Shown here: in pieces, positions 33,865-44,300 of the stretch
How the letters are laid out: each line of letters begins with the position of its first letter
How positions within the stretch are numbered: the stretch's first letter is position 1
Origin: Nitrospiraceae bacterium
GTDB lineage: Bacteria > Nitrospirota > Nitrospiria > Nitrospirales > Nitrospiraceae
Length of the DNA: 64,000 nucleotides
Assembly (NCBI GenBank): GCA_050246315.1
Contig: JBFWWG010000005.1
Coordinates: 160,001 to 224,000 of the forward strand
Reading direction: 5' to 3'
Position numbers and translations under genes: made by a program
The notes under the pieces: generated by a model
Seen by the model: the letters and a program-made list of their open reading frames with translations, nothing else
What the model was told of the DNA's origin: nothing
The model's database searches: none

Positions 33865-33991
33865 CAGAATGTTCAAAAAGGCCGTTCAGCAAGGCTGCAG
33901 CAAGCGAGGAGGCGAGGCGACCTCAGGTCCGTACGTTGAGGCTCTGAGCGATGGGAGAACGCCGCTGGCGGACTTCTTTTTCAGCATCATG
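33865..33991. mobile_element. Short (127 bp) family-A MITE-like element
   Basis: CAGAATGTTCAAAAAG ... CTTTTTCAGCATCATG-TTAG; its right end (reverse complement ...AGTCCGCCAGC) matches the left end of 27277-27700. Confidence 0.78.
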
Positions 33992-34765
33992 TTAGGGAGC
34001 CACCCAGACTCGATGGGATGCGGTGTTGAGGGGTTTAGGAATCTTGTGCACGCCGATCTGGCCGGCGTTCATGACATCGTCGCCTCCCTGGGTTCTTCTG
34101 GCCGGAATGCGCGTGGTCGCGAGCAGGACCCCCCTGGCATCAAAAAATTCCACCATCACGTCGGCTTGATCGCGCAACGTCCCTTGATAGGCTGTATTCT
34201 GCCAGTCCAATCGGCGGAGGGCTTGGAAGGTCACCAAGAGATGACCCTCCCGATCGTCCTGCACATCGAGAATTTTGATGATGCGGTTTTGATCGGTCCC
34301 TAGCGCGGCGGTTTCGGTGCTTCCCCGAGTGCCGGCCAGCACGATGCGGGCGACCTCCTCGGAGTCCAACCAGCCGGACACCTTACAGGACACTGTTGCT
34401 CCCTTTTCGGTCTGCTCGAGGATCCGAGAATCCTTTAGAGAGTCTTTCACAACCTGGTCAAGGATCTGTCGGTCCAAGGCTGAGTCCACCAGCGAGGCCG
34501 TCGCCTCCCGATAAACCGACGAGGCACTCACTGCCATCCGTGCGGCCTCACGGCAGGCCAAAGCCTTGGCGTCGGCCGGGGTCTCGGGAGCATGAAAGGT
34601 ATAACGGTAATCCCCGGTGACCTCGATCTTGGTGGCCTCGGCAGTCTGAGGCAGCCCGGAGAGGACGACCATCGTGAACAGACCCATGACCGAATAGGCA
34701 CCGGGTGATCGTCGGGGCTTGTTCATGGGAGCCTCCAAGGCTGGGACCATCATGGAACGTTGCAC
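33992..34765 (-). CDS. Hypothetical exported protein
   Basis: Signal peptide ending AEA; start uncertain. Confidence 0.75.
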   Translation of the reverse strand: MQRSMMVPALEAPMNKPRRSPGAYSVMGLFTMVVLSGLPQTAEATKIEVTGDYRYTFHAPETPADAKALACREAARMAVSASSVYREATASLVDSALDRQILDQVVKDSLKDSRILEQTEKGATVSCKVSGWLDSEEVARIVLAGTRGSTETAALGTDQNRIIKILDVQDDREGHLLVTFQALRRLDWQNTAYQGTLRDQADVMVEFFDARGVLLATTRIPARRTQGGDDVMNAGQIGVHKIPKPLNTASHRVWVAP

Positions 34766-34837
34766 AGTGCCGCCGCCATCGGGGTTATCTTACCAACCGC
34801 ATGCTCGCCGAGCAATTGCCGCCTTGGTCCCGCGAAG

Positions 34838-35794
34838 TCAGGATTTCAAGAGGGCGACAAGCTGCTGGATCGTCATTGGGGCGTTGCCCTCTGCGCGATT
34901 GTTGACCAATACATAGACCGACCGGTGCTCGGACTGCGCCTGCCGGATCAGGGCCACGGTGTCCTGCCTCATCCGCGGCTGAGGCAGAACCAGACGATTG
35001 TACGGAGCGAACCGCTCGACCGCCTCCGCGTAGGCCAGGCCCAAGGGGGTCAAGAGTCTGGCAACGGTGAACGGGGCAGAGAACCGGCTGCCGAGCGACC
35101 GATGTTGCGCCGCGAGGTCCGGCATGAGCGACCAATGGTTGTACACATGGGCGATGCCGTGGGCTGCAAGTAAATCCCGGTAGCGCGGGCCAAGGATGGC
35201 CGGATTGCGGACTTCGATCGCATATCGAGAACCTTGTGGAATATGAGCGAGAAAGGGTTCAAGTCGGTCCAGAAACTCGTCGACCGTCAGCCCCGTCCGT
35301 TGGAATTCGAGCAGAAAGACCCCTAGATTCGTCCCCAGTCCCTGCTGGGCTGGCTGATAGACCACATCTCGAAAGATCTCGGCATCGAGGAATCGAGAGT
35401 TTCGAGTTCCGGCCTTGGTCCCGTAACGGGGAAGTCGCGCAAAAGTCGGGATCGTCAGTTCCTCCCATACCTTGAGGCAAAAGCGAAAGGTTGGTGGAAC
35501 CTGAGCGGCATAGGATGCCAATTGGGAAGACGTAGCCGGACGATAAAAGGTATGATCGATCCCGACGGTGTCGAACAGAGGCTTCCCTTCATGCGGGAAG
35601 GCAGCATATTCGGACAGACAGTCTCGACTGAAACGGCTCTTGGCATAATGCCGATGGTAGATCAGCCCCTGCCATCCTTGATAGGCCCAAGAGCTAGTTC
35701 CGAAACGAAGCGGAGCATCGGGAACATCGGAGGGAGCGACCACATCCTGCTTGTCGAGATCAGCGTTCGCCGGCAGTTCCATTGGGGTCGTCAT
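34838..35794 (-). CDS. DUF72 domain protein
   Basis: GTSSWAY..W.G..Y, TVGIDHTFY, FCLKV, YAIEVRN, YVLVNN. Confidence 0.9.
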   Translation of the reverse strand: MTTPMELPANADLDKQDVVAPSDVPDAPLRFGTSSWAYQGWQGLIYHRHYAKSRFSRDCLSEYAAFPHEGKPLFDTVGIDHTFYRPATSSQLASYAAQVPPTFRFCLKVWEELTIPTFARLPRYGTKAGTRNSRFLDAEIFRDVVYQPAQQGLGTNLGVFLLEFQRTGLTVDEFLDRLEPFLAHIPQGSRYAIEVRNPAILGPRYRDLLAAHGIAHVYNHWSLMPDLAAQHRSLGSRFSAPFTVARLLTPLGLAYAEAVERFAPYNRLVLPQPRMRQDTVALIRQAQSEHRSVYVLVNNRAEGNAPMTIQQLVALLKS

Positions 35795-35931
35795 CGCCGG
35801 AATGCTTATCGGTGACCAGGAGGGACTGACCTCACATCGTTATGCCGGCGCCCGATTGTACTGCTGTCCGGGCGGTGCCGTCATCTTGACTTGACAGGCG
35901 GGTGTTCATCTCGCAGACTTCTACAGATTCC

Positions 35932-38253
35932 ATGGCCGACCATCACGAACCCGATCGTCTCCCTCAACTGCTCCACCATTACGGCATCGCCGACCACTAC
36001 TACGATGTCTGGGGGCGGCGTCACGTCGTCTCCGAGAAAACAAAGCTGGCCGTGCTGGAGGCCATGGGCGTCCAGGTCGGGTCTACAGAGAAGCTTGTCC
36101 AATCCTGGGAGGCGGTGCAGCGTGGGTCCTGGCGGCAGATCTGTGATCCTGTGTTCATCGTTCGGGCCGGCCAATCGTCATTTTCCTGTGCGGTGCGGGT
36201 ACCTTCACAGGAGAGCCAAGACCATGGCTGGACCCTTGCCTGGTCCCTCCGCAACGAATCGGGGCAGACGGTCGCGGGCGACAGCGTCGGTCCGAGCTTG
36301 GTCCCATCCGATTCAAGATGCGTCCAAGAAACCCGTCATATCCGGTTCCATCTCGACATCCCCTCCGACTTTCCGCTTGGCTACTATGATTTGGTGATTG
36401 GCGCGACCGTCGGCTCCACCAATATCCAAGGACACGCTCTTCTCATTATTACTCCTATGACTTGCTTTGCGTCCGAGGCCTTTCGAGATGGTGGACGAGT
36501 CTGGGGACTGTGGACGCAGGTCTACGCGCTCCGTTCGCAGCGCAATTGGGGTATCGGAGACTTTACGGATCTCGAGGTCCTGGTTCGTTGGGCGGCGGCC
36601 GATCTCGGCGCCGAGGTGATCGGGGTCAATCCGCTGCATGCTCTCAAGAACCGGCGTCCTCACCACATCAGCCCGTATTCACCGAACAGCAGGGTTTACC
36701 TCAATGAACTCTATGTTGATCTGGAGCGGGTGCCAGAATTCGCAGCAAGCCCAGGTGCGCAGCGGTTGGTGGCCACCGACGAATATCGGTCCCGCATCGA
36801 GGCCTGTCGAAAATCCGACTGGGTAGACTACGAAGGAGTGCAGGTCGCGAAATGGGCCGTGTTCGAGCAGCTTTTTCAAACATTCGAAACCATGCATTTT
36901 ACCGAGACAGACCAAGGCCGTCAGGCCTCTACCGGCCGCGGCCAATCATTCGAACGGTATTGCCGGGAGCAGGGTGATTCGTTGGAGCGCTATGCGACCT
37001 TTATCGCCTTGTCCGAGCATTTTCAACGGTCGTCGCCTCCGATATGGGTCTGGCGCGCGTGGCCCGCTGAGTACCAGCATCCCGACAACGAAGCGGTGCG
37101 GGACTTTGCCGGACGTCATCGGGATCGAATCCGGTTGCATCAATACATGCAATGGGTGGCCGAGGAGCAGTTGGCCGAGATCGCTCGGCTTACGGCGGAT
37201 CTCGGAATGCCGGTCGGACTGTACCATGATCTGGCGTTGGGGAACGACCCGAGCGGGGCTGAAGGCTGGCTGCTTCAGGATGTGCTGGCCATGGAAGCTG
37301 ACTGTGGCTGTCCGCCGGACGCCTTTGCCATGCAGGGGCAGAATTGGGGGTTTCCCCCGTTCAACCCAGTGGCTCTACGCGAACAGGCGTATCGCCCCTT
37401 TATCCGGTTGGTGAGGCAAAATCTCTCCCGCGGCGGTGCGTTGCGGATCGACCATGTCATGGGCCTGTTTCGCCTGTTCTGGATCCCCCGCGGCCAGCCG
37501 GCGTCGGCCGGAACCTATGTACACTATCCATTCGACGATTTGCTCGGCATCCTGGCACTGGAGAGCGTCAGGGCGAAAACCGTGGTGGTCGGCGAGGATC
37601 TCGGGACCGTGCCGGACTGGGTTCGCGAAAAACTCGAGGCCGCGAACATTCTCTCCTATCGAGTCTTTTATTTCGAGCGGGAGGCCGACGGATCGTGGAA
37701 ACAGCCCGGCGACTATCCGGTTCGATCCTTGGCGGTCACGACGACGCACGATCTGCCGACGTGGCTGGGATTTTGGACCGGGGAAGATCTGCAGATGCGG
37801 GCGAAGCTCGGGTTGTTTCCGACGGAAGAGGCAAAACGACAGGCATGGGTAGAACGGGAGCGGGACAAGACAAGAATAGTGGAGGCTCTGGTTCGCGCCT
37901 CGCTGCTTTCTGGACCGCTGGATCGCGGCGAGGTGTCTCTCGCGCATCAGGCTGAGAGCCTGTTGGAGCCGGTCCATCGATTCCTTGCTCGCTCATCGTC
38001 CTGTCTGGCGCTGGCCAGTCTTGATGATTGGTTGAGGGAATCGTCGCAGGTGAACATGCCGGGGACGGTCGACCAGTACCCCAACTGGTCGCGGAAACAT
38101 TCTATTCCCCTTGAAACTATGAAGGATGAACACGACGATCACCAGGTGCGAGGACTCGCGCGGGTCATGCGGGAGGAGCGGCCTCCTCGTCGCCCTCCTG
38201 ATGCGGAGACGGCGACCGGGAGTGAGTCGTCACCAAGGCCTCCGATACCATGA
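35932..38253 (+). CDS. malQ: 4-alpha-glucanotransferase (amylomaltase, GH77)
   Basis: WGIGDF, SPYSP, GQNWG, LRIDHVMG, GEDLG, TTHD, NMPGT..YPNW. Confidence 0.96.
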   Translation: MADHHEPDRLPQLLHHYGIADHYYDVWGRRHVVSEKTKLAVLEAMGVQVGSTEKLVQSWEAVQRGSWRQICDPVFIVRAGQSSFSCAVRVPSQESQDHGWTLAWSLRNESGQTVAGDSVGPSLVPSDSRCVQETRHIRFHLDIPSDFPLGYYDLVIGATVGSTNIQGHALLIITPMTCFASEAFRDGGRVWGLWTQVYALRSQRNWGIGDFTDLEVLVRWAAADLGAEVIGVNPLHALKNRRPHHISPYSPNSRVYLNELYVDLERVPEFAASPGAQRLVATDEYRSRIEACRKSDWVDYEGVQVAKWAVFEQLFQTFETMHFTETDQGRQASTGRGQSFERYCREQGDSLERYATFIALSEHFQRSSPPIWVWRAWPAEYQHPDNEAVRDFAGRHRDRIRLHQYMQWVAEEQLAEIARLTADLGMPVGLYHDLALGNDPSGAEGWLLQDVLAMEADCGCPPDAFAMQGQNWGFPPFNPVALREQAYRPFIRLVRQNLSRGGALRIDHVMGLFRLFWIPRGQPASAGTYVHYPFDDLLGILALESVRAKTVVVGEDLGTVPDWVREKLEAANILSYRVFYFEREADGSWKQPGDYPVRSLAVTTTHDLPTWLGFWTGEDLQMRAKLGLFPTEEAKRQAWVERERDKTRIVEALVRASLLSGPLDRGEVSLAHQAESLLEPVHRFLARSSSCLALASLDDWLRESSQVNMPGTVDQYPNWSRKHSIPLETMKDEHDDHQVRGLARVMREERPPRRPPDAETATGSESSPRPPIP

Positions 38254-39401
38254 CCAACCGCAATCGAATCGTTCTGGTTATTGCGGCCCTGCTGTTCGTA
38301 GCGGTGGTGGTAGTTGAGACAGTCCTGCCAGCCAATGTCGTCGGGGCCTATGCGTTTGTACTCCCCATCCTGCTGGTCGCTTCTACCCGTAACCGGAAAC
38401 TGCTCTACCTCACCTTGGTCTTCTGCATGCTTGCTACCTACATCGGGCTGATGCGGCCTGCCAAGCCTGGCCGATTCGTGTCCGCGGTCATCAACCGGAC
38501 ATTGGTGGTGTGCGTGCTCGGAGGGGTGGCCTATCTGGGGCTGACCTGGGAAGAACGGAAGGCCAGAGAAGAAGCGGCCAGGGCAGCCTTGGGCCTCCAA
38601 ACCGAAAATCTCCTCAAGGCCCATGCCCAGTTAGCCGAGGTGAAGGACGCCTTGAATCGCGCGGAGCGCTTGGCGGCCGTCGGGCAGCTCGTGGCTTCTG
38701 TGGCGCATGAAGTCGGGACGCCGCTCCATTCCATCGCCTGGCATGTGCGCGCGCTGCGTGAGGAAGTCGCGTTGACGCCCGATATCGCCAAGCGCATCGA
38801 TACGGTCGAGTCGCAAATCAATCGGGTGGTCCTCATCATCCAGGACCTGCTGAGCACGACCAGGCAGCGCCAGCCTAATCCGGCCTGGACCGGGGCGCGC
38901 GAACTGCTCCATTCGGTTGCGATGCTCATGGAGCCCACGTATGTGACCAAGGGGGTAAAGTTGTCGGTGATCTGTAAGCCCGAGAGCTTGATTCTCTGGG
39001 CCGATCCGAAGCAAATGCAACAGGTCTTAGTCAATCTCCTGTCCAACGCCCTGGCGGCGACGCCGTCGGGCGGTGAGGTGCTATTGGCCGCGGAACGGCA
39101 CCCTGTCGATCCGAATGAAGCGGAGGAGTGGCAGCGGATTCGAGAAGAGGTGCCAGGAAGCGTGGCCCTCCTGTCGGTGGACGACAGCGGGTGCGGGATG
39201 CCACCCGAACATGTCAGGCAAACCGCCGAGCCGTTCTTTACGACCAAGGAGATCGGAAAGGGCAGCGGCCTCGGCCTGTTTCTGAGCCGAGAAATCGTTA
39301 AGGCGCATGGGGGCAGACTGTCGATCCACAGTGAGGTCGGCAAAGGCACCAAGGTAGTGATCGCGCTGCCCATGGATGACCGAGCCGATCGGGCTGCGTA
39401 G
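38250..39401 (+). CDS. Membrane sensor histidine kinase
   Basis: N-terminal TM helices; AHEVGTPL, NLLSNA, DSGCG, FFTTK, GSGLGL. Confidence 0.93.
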   Translation: MTNRNRIVLVIAALLFVAVVVVETVLPANVVGAYAFVLPILLVASTRNRKLLYLTLVFCMLATYIGLMRPAKPGRFVSAVINRTLVVCVLGGVAYLGLTWEERKAREEAARAALGLQTENLLKAHAQLAEVKDALNRAERLAAVGQLVASVAHEVGTPLHSIAWHVRALREEVALTPDIAKRIDTVESQINRVVLIIQDLLSTTRQRQPNPAWTGARELLHSVAMLMEPTYVTKGVKLSVICKPESLILWADPKQMQQVLVNLLSNALAATPSGGEVLLAAERHPVDPNEAEEWQRIREEVPGSVALLSVDDSGCGMPPEHVRQTAEPFFTTKEIGKGSGLGLFLSREIVKAHGGRLSIHSEVGKGTKVVIALPMDDRADRAA

Positions 39402-39410
39402 GTACGCATC

Positions 39411-40838
39411 ATGCCATCCAAGGCCAAAATTCTGGTGGTCGATGACGACGAGGTCGCCCGCGAGCTGCTGGTGGAGGCGCTCCAGAAGGAAGGCTACGAC
39501 GTCGAGAGTTTCGGGAACGGACTGGACGCGATCGGACGAGGCCAGCAGATTCCGGTCGACCTCGTGCTGACGGACATCCGGATGGGAGCGGTAGACGGCT
39601 ATCATGTACTCCGCGAGTTCAAACGCCTCAGGCCGGGCACGCCCATCGTGCTGCTCACGGCTTTCGGTTCGTTGGAAGGAGCGATAGAAGCAATCAAACA
39701 GGGTGCGTATGACTATCTGGCGAAGCCCTTCCGCAAGGAAGAGGTCTGCTTGGTTGTTCAGCGCAGCCTCGATCACGCGAGGTTATTGAGGGAAAACAGC
39801 CGATTCCGCGAGGAACTGCGGGAACGGGCGGTGCTGACCGGGCTTGTAGGGAGCAGTCCGGCCATGTTGGAGGTCTACAAGCTCGTGGCGCGTGTGGCGC
39901 AGGGAAAGAGCACCGTGCTACTGGAGGGCGAGAGCGGTACCGGCAAGGAACTCGTGGCGCGGGCCATCCATGGGAACAGCCCCCGACATGGGATGCCGTT
40001 TGTGCCGGTCAACTGTGGAGCGCTGCCCGACACGTTGTTGGAATCCGAAATGTTCGGTCATGAGAAGGGCGCATTTACCGGTGCCGTCGGCGTCAAGCAT
40101 GGGCTGTTCGAAACCGCGGACGGAGGCAGTTTATTTCTGGACGAGATCGGAGAATTGGGCCAAGCGTTGCAGGTGAAACTGCTCCGCGTGATGCAGGATC
40201 AGGAAATCCGCCGGGTGGGAAGCACCAGTTCAATCAAGGTGGACGTGAGGTTGATCGCCGCGACGAATCGCGATCTGCCGACCATGGTCGCAGAGGGGAG
40301 GTTTCGGGAAGACCTCTTCTATCGCCTCAACGTTGTGCGGATCAAGCTGCCGCCGCTTCGAGAACGGCGCGAGGACCTGGCGATGTTGGCCCACCATTTT
40401 TTGCAGAAGTATACGGGGACGCCCGACCATCCGGTGCGTGGGTTCGCCAGGGAATCCCTCCTGTTGCTCGACCAATACTCGTGGCCGGGCAACGTGAGGG
40501 AATTGGAAAACGCTGTCGAGCGGGCTGTGTCCTTGAGCCACGGTCCGGTAGTTTTGCCGGAAGATCTCCCGGAATCCGTCCGGCGCAAGCCGCCCGCTGC
40601 AATGTCGTCTGCGGGATCCGCGACAGAAAAGGAAGACCGCTCGGAATCGCTGTTAACGCTCGATGAAGTGGAACGGCGACATTTGCTGCGCGTGCTGAAA
40701 GAAATGAAAGGCAACAAGGTGAAGACGGCGAAAATTCTTGGGATCGATCGTCGGACGCTCTACCGCATGGCCGAGCGTTTCGGCATCGAGTTGGGGGAGG
40801 ACGGCGAGGGGACCGGAGAGTTCCCTACAAGAGCTTGA
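39411..40838 (+). CDS. Sigma-54-dependent response regulator (NtrC/AtoC family)
   Basis: [25 protein letters not shown], Fis-type HTH. Confidence 0.96.
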   Translation: MPSKAKILVVDDDEVARELLVEALQKEGYDVESFGNGLDAIGRGQQIPVDLVLTDIRMGAVDGYHVLREFKRLRPGTPIVLLTAFGSLEGAIEAIKQGAYDYLAKPFRKEEVCLVVQRSLDHARLLRENSRFREELRERAVLTGLVGSSPAMLEVYKLVARVAQGKSTVLLEGESGTGKELVARAIHGNSPRHGMPFVPVNCGALPDTLLESEMFGHEKGAFTGAVGVKHGLFETADGGSLFLDEIGELGQALQVKLLRVMQDQEIRRVGSTSSIKVDVRLIAATNRDLPTMVAEGRFREDLFYRLNVVRIKLPPLRERREDLAMLAHHFLQKYTGTPDHPVRGFARESLLLLDQYSWPGNVRELENAVERAVSLSHGPVVLPEDLPESVRRKPPAAMSSAGSATEKEDRSESLLTLDEVERRHLLRVLKEMKGNKVKTAKILGIDRRTLYRMAERFGIELGEDGEGTGEFPTRA

Positions 40839-41298
40839 GCTCGTATCTGATCAGACGGAGATAGTGTTCGGCGCTCTGTTGGAGCGGCGGCTCTGAAGGA
40901 GTCCAGCTTCCCGCGAGCGATCCCTTGCTCTCATGGATCACCGTCAATACGAGTTTGGTGGAGTGATCGCCCTCTCCGTTCAGATCGGCCTCGGCCTGAG
41001 TGCGGCCCACTCCGAAGCGAACGCGTAACATCCAATCCCATGGGGCGCGAATTTCCTCTCGATAGCCGGTTCGAATCAATTCGGATCGGTTCTCGGACCT
41101 GCTCTGGGAGGATTCGACCGTATAGCCCTGGGAAGCGAAGACATTCAGCACTGCGTCCCGGACCTGTTCCACTGGAGCCTCGAACCGGGCTTCTACTGAG
41201 TCGGCCGGCTGGGTTCCGGAAGGCGAGGCACACCCGTAGGAGAGCGCGATAGCCACGATCCAGGCCCACTGGAGTTGACGACACGACAAGGACGTCAT
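40825..41298 (-). CDS. Hypothetical lipoprotein
   Basis: Lipobox SYGC; IRTGY motif similar in style to 7075-7539. Confidence 0.7.
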   Translation of the reverse strand: MTSLSCRQLQWAWIVAIALSYGCASPSGTQPADSVEARFEAPVEQVRDAVLNVFASQGYTVESSQSRSENRSELIRTGYREEIRAPWDWMLRVRFGVGRTQAEADLNGEGDHSTKLVLTVIHESKGSLAGSWTPSEPPLQQSAEHYLRLIRYELKLL

Positions 41299-41305
41299 GT
41301 TCGGA

Positions 41306-41548
41306 TTAACTCGCCAAACGGTGAACCAGATGCGTCTGGGTTTGAGTCACGCCTTCGATGGCGTGAATCTTCTGCAACACCAGCGAGGTCAGTGCGTCCT
41401 GATCGGGCACCTCCACGAGCGCAATAATATCGGGCTTGCCCCAGCAGGTATCAATCGTTTTCATCTCTTTGATTTGGGAAAGAAATTTCACCACAACCCG
41501 GGTTTGTCCTGGAGCCACGTTGATTAGAATGTAAGCACGGTCGGCCAT
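41306..41548 (-). CDS. Stand-alone Lrp/AsnC ligand-binding (RAM) domain protein
   Basis: RAYILINV..G, G.PDII, I.GV..T.T pattern; no HTH. Confidence 0.88.
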   Translation of the reverse strand: MADRAYILINVAPGQTRVVVKFLSQIKEMKTIDTCWGKPDIIALVEVPDQDALTSLVLQKIHAIEGVTQTQTHLVHRLAS

Positions 41549-41672
41549 TTTGCTACTCCGCAGAGAGGATGAGCACCATGCAGCGCGAGGACACTAACGG
41601 ATCGTGATCGATGAAGTCAACGTGGCAGCGGGTAAAAACGACGAACGAGTGCCAGCCGATCCCGGCAGTCAT

Positions 41673-43151
41673 TTATTTGGGGGCGATAAACACCTCGACG
41701 ATCTGGGCGTCACTGACACGCGTCAGCTCCGCCTCAAGGCCGCGAGGATTACCGATGCGGCCATCCGGATCGTACACAAAGCAGAACAGAGTTTGATGTC
41801 CCGTGGCAGGAAATGCTATGGCATCGGCCGTCACCCGCTCGGCGACTTCACGGGACCCGATCCCGCTCTTCGTCATCCCCGCCAGAACGGCGAGATGGTG
41901 ACTTGGCAAGAGCGACATGGCGCGCGGAGTCGCTGTTGGCTCACCGGCGGACCATTCCCTTTGAGCCACCTCGTCGAACTCGTATCGTAGCAACACATAT
42001 AAGAGATCTTGTACGTCCTGCTCGTCCTGCACATCCAGGGGAGTCCGATGATTTCCCCGGAGGCGGAGCTGCCGGACAACGGCGTGGAACCTTGTACAGA
42101 CCTTTCGGACGAGATCGAGAGGATCCTCCGGCCCGCTCGCACTCCAGGCGGGTGGATCGGCGACCTGTCCGGCAGCACGTGCTGCGGTGGCCTGGGGTGC
42201 AGCGGCCTCGGTCGTGAGCTCAGCAACCCGTGCCGGGAGTGCGGAGGAGGGTGGCGGTTCGTGAAAAACCGAGTTAGCTGGGCGCTCAAATGCGAGCCCA
42301 TGGGACGGATGCCCCGCCCCGGCGGTTGGATGCGACACAGGTGGTGGAGGATCGGAAAGGGGCCCCGGGGCTGCAGCAGGCGCGTCTCCCTGATGTGCAG
42401 AATCCCGAACCTGCTCACGGGGCTCGGGTATGCTTGGGACGCCCGGACCTTGGCTGATCCCGGGCGATGCGGGAGAAGGGTCTGTCTGGAGCGCCGGGGC
42501 CTGATGCGAAGGCGGAAGCCCGCGAAGGGCCATGCCCTGGTCCGGTAACGGCGTCGGAGGCTGGGCGACAAGCGTCGGTTTTTCGGACGGTGGACTCGGA
42601 AGGACAGACCGCTCAGCGAGAGCGGTGGGGTGGTCAGCCAGAATGGTGGTCGTCGGAGGGGGGGCGACGAGAGGAGCGGGCAAGGTGGGCATGATTTCAG
42701 CGAGTGTAGCAGATGAGGACGAGGACACAGCCATGACGACCGTCGCGGCTGGCGGCGGGGCATCTGGCGCTGGTCGAACGGCGGGGGTGTGGCTGGGAGG
42801 GGGTGGCGCGATCCCCTGCAATTCCAACTTTTTTCGCTCCAATTGAGCGATCAATGAATGGAGCAACGAAATCGTCTCGGCCACTTCCGACGGAGAGCTG
42901 GTGCGGAGGTGATGCGTTTTCCACTGATGGAATTCAGGGGACCGCTCTCCGAAGATGCACTTGATGCACTCGCGAACCTGGAGCTCGGCCCGCGCTCGCA
43001 CGGCATCGCGATATGGGAACCCTTCCTGTCGCAGATCCTCAACCTGAGTGAGTTGATCTTGCAGCTTGCGGATGTTCTCATTCACCGCTTCGAGAGAGGC
43101 GGTATGCTTGGCCTTGGTGCGGGCGGGATCCTTGGCAGCGGCTCTGGGCAT
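41673..43151 (-). CDS. Protein with helical N-domain, Pro-rich linker and C-terminal REase_DpnII-MboI-like domain (apparently inactive)
   Basis: DEQDVQDLLYVLLR..FDEV..REW and LFCFVYDPDGRIGNPRGLEAEL recall that family; the expected D...ExK residues are not seen. Confidence 0.65.
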   Translation of the reverse strand: MPRAAAKDPARTKAKHTASLEAVNENIRKLQDQLTQVEDLRQEGFPYRDAVRARAELQVRECIKCIFGERSPEFHQWKTHHLRTSSPSEVAETISLLHSLIAQLERKKLELQGIAPPPPSHTPAVRPAPDAPPPAATVVMAVSSSSSATLAEIMPTLPAPLVAPPPTTTILADHPTALAERSVLPSPPSEKPTLVAQPPTPLPDQGMALRGLPPSHQAPALQTDPSPASPGISQGPGVPSIPEPREQVRDSAHQGDAPAAAPGPLSDPPPPVSHPTAGAGHPSHGLAFERPANSVFHEPPPSSALPARVAELTTEAAAPQATAARAAGQVADPPAWSASGPEDPLDLVRKVCTRFHAVVRQLRLRGNHRTPLDVQDEQDVQDLLYVLLRYEFDEVAQREWSAGEPTATPRAMSLLPSHHLAVLAGMTKSGIGSREVAERVTADAIAFPATGHQTLFCFVYDPDGRIGNPRGLEAELTRVSDAQIVEVFIAPK

Positions 43152-43276
43152 CGGACGATGGATGCGGCGTTCGTCGGTTCGGACAATTACATGGGTGAAA
43201 GTCTAGCCGAGGGCTTCCGGACCGGCAAGAAACATGGTGATTTGTGCACCGATCTGGCAGACGAGCCAGAGGGACG

Positions 43277-43621
43277 CTAGCCGTGCCAGGCAATGTCCGG
43301 ACCGGCAGATCCGCCATGGTTGCGGAGTCGCCGGATTCCGGACAAACGTTCCTTGGCGGCTCGGGAGTACTTGAGAAACTCTACCCCGAAAGTAGACCCT
43401 TTGACCCAACGCACGCGGGCCAGAGCGATCGCGATGGGGTCCTCGCCACCCTGGCATTCGATTTGGAGAGAGAGGTAGGTTCCGATGACGGGAACGACCT
43501 CACTTCGAACGGCGCAGCCTGGGCCGGACAGATCGACAAGCCTGCCTTTTCCGGCAATATCGTCTCCGCAGAATCGAACGGGATACCGCAGAGACACCCG
43601 GTGATGAGATCTGGCGCGCAT
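43277..43621 (-). CDS. PilZ domain protein
   Basis: RSHHR and DLSGPG (RxxxR / DxSxxG), ARVRW, FGVEF. Confidence 0.88.
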   Translation of the reverse strand: MRARSHHRVSLRYPVRFCGDDIAGKGRLVDLSGPGCAVRSEVVPVIGTYLSLQIECQGGEDPIAIALARVRWVKGSTFGVEFLKYSRAAKERLSGIRRLRNHGGSAGPDIAWHG

Positions 43622-43868
43622 AGCGTGTCCTTCGAACTGATGCCACAGAAACCGGCTTCAGAGGATTGGGCCAAGATGATCCTCACCAAATGTAGTCGAT
43701 AATTCAGGATTCAGCCAGTAAACGGGTGGATCCGGTCGTTGTGCGGGACAAGGTATGGGGGAGTCAGGGGAGGGAGGGCACGATCAGCTCCGAGACTTTG
43801 GACGTGATGGGCGATTCTCAAGGCCCGTCGGTCCCTGTTGTAGCGGAGAGGAATGGTCGATACCATCC

Positions 43869-44168
43869 CTATCCGTTCTGAAGCTGCTCCAGTTGCTCTC
43901 TCGCGCTCCCCTCATAACGGAGGAACTCAAGGCCGAGCCGACCTTCGCGGACCCAACGGACCTTGGCCAGTGAAATGCAGACAGGCTGGGATTCCTCCTG
44001 GACCAGGATTTCGAGGGCGACATAGGCCCCCTGTTGGAGCGAGGTGCGGCTTTCGATGGCACAGCCCGGAGTGCACAGGTTGACAAGCTGCCCCCGGCCT
44101 GCCGACTTATCTCCCAAGAATCGAATGGGAAGCTGGAGCAGTGTTCGTGGGCTCGATCGGAAATTCAT
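43869..44168 (-). CDS. PilZ domain protein
   Basis: RSSPR and NLCTPG, AKVRW, LGLEF; paralog of 43277-43621. Confidence 0.85.
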   Translation of the reverse strand: MNFRSSPRTLLQLPIRFLGDKSAGRGQLVNLCTPGCAIESRTSLQQGAYVALEILVQEESQPVCISLAKVRWVREGRLGLEFLRYEGSAREQLEQLQNG

Positions 44169-44300
44169 GATGGTTATGCGGATCAGGGTTCATGATGAAA
44201 TGGGCGATGCCGACGCTGAGACCATGCTACGACAATGGGATCGAAATCGGGAAGAGGACGAAAGTAGGGGGCTGTGAAGGATCAATCGTACCGGAAGGTC

